This document shows positions 62,263-64,000 of a stretch of 64,000 bases of DNA, piece after piece. The notes below the pieces were generated by a model. The model was not told where the DNA came from. It saw nothing but the letters and a program-made list of their open reading frames with translations, and did no database searches. The translations under genes were made by a program, and so were the position numbers. Location of the stretch: contig SVTD01000004.1 of assembly GCA_015063955.1 (NCBI GenBank), positions 949 through 64,948 of the forward strand, in the 5' to 3' direction. Source of the stretch: Oscillospiraceae bacterium. Lineage in GTDB: Bacteria > Bacillota > Clostridia > Oscillospirales > CAG-272. Position 1 is the stretch's first letter. The number at the start of each line of letters is the position of its first letter.

Positions 62263-64000
62263 ATGGGAAAATTCAAGCTTGTTTCCGAATATAAGCCAAC
62301 AGGCGACCAGCCTGCGGCTATAGATAAGCTGTCGGCCGGCATAGATGCGGGAGAGCGATTCCAGACCCTTATGGGCGTTACGGGCAGCGGCAAGACCTTT
62401 ACGATGGCAAACATTATTGCAAATGCAAACCGCCCCACCCTCGTTCTCGCCCACAATAAAACTCTTGCGGCACAGCTTTGCTCGGAGTTCCGTCAGTTCT
62501 TTCCCGAAAATGCAGTTGAATATTTCGTTTCCTATTACGATTATTACCAGCCCGAGGCTTACGTCCCCGGAAAGGATATGTATATCGAAAAGGATTCGTC
62601 TATAAACGACGAGATCGACAAGCTTCGCCACAGCGCAACCAGCGCCCTTTTCGAGCGGCGGGACGTTATTATCGTTGCCAGCGTTTCCTGCATATTCTCC
62701 CTCGGTCCTCCGGAGGAATACTCCTCTCAGGTAACGGCTCTGCGCCCCGGTATGCAGATGGACCGTGACGAGCTTGCCAGAAAGCTTATCTCCGTCAGCT
62801 ACAACCGCAACGATATGAGCTTCCAGCGCGGAACCTTCCGTATGAAGGGTGATACCCTTGAGGTATTCCCCTCCAACGAAAACTCCAAGGGTATACGCGT
62901 GGAGTTCTTCGGAGACGAGATAGACCGCGTCTGCGTTATCGATGCCCTTAAGGGAACGGTCATTCAGGAGGTCAGCTACGCTCCCGTTTACCCCGCAAAC
63001 CACTACGTTCTCTCCGAGGAGCACAAGGAGAGGGCATTTGAGGAGATAGAGCGTGAGCTTGAGGAGCGGATAGCCTTCTTTGAAGGGCAGGGTAAGCTTA
63101 TCGAGGCTCAGCGTATCGCAGAGCGCACGCGGTACGATATGGAGATGCTTCGGGAGGTTGGCTTCTGCTCGGGAATTGAAAACTACTCCCGTGTTTTTGC
63201 AGGCCGCGCCCCCGGCTCCACCCCATACACCCTTCTGGATTATTTTCCCAAGGATTTTCTCCTTTTCGTTGACGAGTCCCACGTGACCCTTCCCCAGGTT
63301 CGGGGTATGTTCGGCGGCGACCGCGCAAGAAAGAAGAATCTTATAGATTACGGCTTCCGTCTGCCCTCGGCATACGATAACCGCCCCCTGAATTTTGAGG
63401 AGTTTGAGGGAAAGCTTGGGCAGGTCATAACGGTATCCGCAACCCCCGGAGATTACGAGAAGGAGCATTCCTCACAGATAGTTGAGCAGATCATCAGACC
63501 TACGGGCCTTCTCGATCCCGAGATCGAGGTTCGTCCCGTTGAAACGCAGGTGGACGACGTCCTATCCGAGATCCGCCTGAGAGTGGAAAAGGGCGAGCGA
63601 GTTCTCGTTACTACCCTTACCAAAAAAATGGCGGAGGATCTCTCCGAGTATCTTGATTCTCAGGGAGTCAGGGTAAAATATATCCACCACGCTGTAGAGA
63701 CCATGGAGCGAAGCGAGCTTCTCCGCGATCTTCGCCTCGGAGTTTACGACGTTCTCGTGGGCATCAATCTTCTTCGTGAGGGTATCGACCTTCCCGAGGT
63801 AACCCTTGTTGCGATCCTCGATGCGGATAAGGAGGGCTTTCTCAGAAGCGAATCCTCCCTTATTCAGACAATCGGCCGCGCAGCGAGAAACGTTGGCGGC
63901 AAGGTAATAATGTATGCAGATACGATCACGGGATCAATGAATGCGGCGATTACCGAAACAAACCGCCGTCGCGAGATCCAGAACAAGTATAACGAGGATC
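62263..64000 (+). CDS. uvrB: Excinuclease ABC subunit B, 3' end beyond the window
   Basis: It is absent from the ORF track because no stop is reached. [23 protein letters not shown]...[43 protein letters not shown] at 62251. Confidence 0.95.
   Translation, partial: MGKFKLVSEYKPTGDQPAAIDKLSAGIDAGERFQTLMGVTGSGKTFTMANIIANANRPTLVLAHNKTLAAQLCSEFRQFFPENAVEYFVSYYDYYQPEAYVPGKDMYIEKDSSINDEIDKLRHSATSALFERRDVIIVASVSCIFSLGPPEEYSSQVTALRPGMQMDRDELARKLISVSYNRNDMSFQRGTFRMKGDTLEVFPSNENSKGIRVEFFGDEIDRVCVIDALKGTVIQEVSYAPVYPANHYVLSEEHKERAFEEIERELEERIAFFEGQGKLIEAQRIAERTRYDMEMLREVGFCSGIENYSRVFAGRAPGSTPYTLLDYFPKDFLLFVDESHVTLPQVRGMFGGDRARKKNLIDYGFRLPSAYDNRPLNFEEFEGKLGQVITVSATPGDYEKEHSSQIVEQIIRPTGLLDPEIEVRPVETQVDDVLSEIRLRVEKGERVLVTTLTKKMAEDLSEYLDSQGVRVKYIHHAVETMERSELLRDLRLGVYDVLVGINLLREGIDLPEVTLVAILDADKEGFLRSESSLIQTIGRAARNVGGKVIMYADTITGSMNAAITETNRRREIQNKYNED

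Noticed and set aside
1-64000. tRNA, rRNA, tmRNA, RNase P, SRP RNA, group II intron, retron or DGR signatures
   Set aside because: Every intergenic gap over 60 nt was read on both strands. I saw no cloverleaf-like acceptor/T-arm pattern (GTTCRANYC) and no conserved rRNA blocks. I also saw no reverse-transcriptase ORF (YxDD) and no long template/variable repeat pair. This was a by-eye scan only; tRNAscan-SE or an Infernal run would be decisive.

Overview
This window looks like core chromosome of a Firmicutes/Clostridia-type anaerobe. That assignment is an inference from gene content (PyrK-type DHODH, rubredoxin, Fhs, split PurO/PurH), GGAGG-type RBSs, sigma-A-like promoters and hairpin plus T-tract terminators.

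Content from left to right:
- 5'-truncated OmpR-type regulator
- thiI-DUF1893-GH65 phosphorylase-pgmB chain
- trpS, DUF3006, an MDR dehydrogenase
- luxS-mtnN
- lysine riboswitch controlling an NhaC-family transporter
- SGNH hydrolase and trmL (minus strand)
- secA and a 488-aa membrane protein
- 9-kb minus-strand pyrimidine operon pyrC-carB-pyrK-pyrD-pyrF-pyrE-pyrB-pyrI, with a PyrR-like attenuator and no carA
- 14-kb plus-strand purine operon behind a ZTP riboswitch: purE, a purF-like gene, purM, purN, purO, purH, purD, purL, guaB, fhs
- a loosely organised stretch of envelope or unknown genes: membrane-anchored PstS-like protein with two tiny membrane ORFs, PAP2-like protein, membrane-tethered XRE regulator, hpf, cca, zinc-ribbon membrane protein, flavin reductase, GT2, a Cys/Asp-rich mini-protein, lipoproteins
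- ruvX, rbsK, a DUF4091-like protein, trkH-trkA
- a visibly AT-richer ~2.3-kb islet with an AbiEi/AbiEii toxin-antitoxin pair and decayed mobile-element fragments
- rubredoxin, ldhA, and the 5' part of uvrB

I found no rRNA, tRNA, CRISPR array or intact transposase.

The most unusual signals:
1. A phased array of perfect mini-hairpins separated by an exact ATTTCAC heptamer in the pyrF-pyrE spacer.
2. A repeated ~57-nt structured intergenic element with a compensatory stem change between copies.
3. A PurF homologue without the catalytic N-terminal cysteine, in a locus where carB also lacks carA.
4. The AbiE islet with a three-copy operator-like repeat.

All functional calls come from reading the translations and motifs by eye. 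No database search was run.
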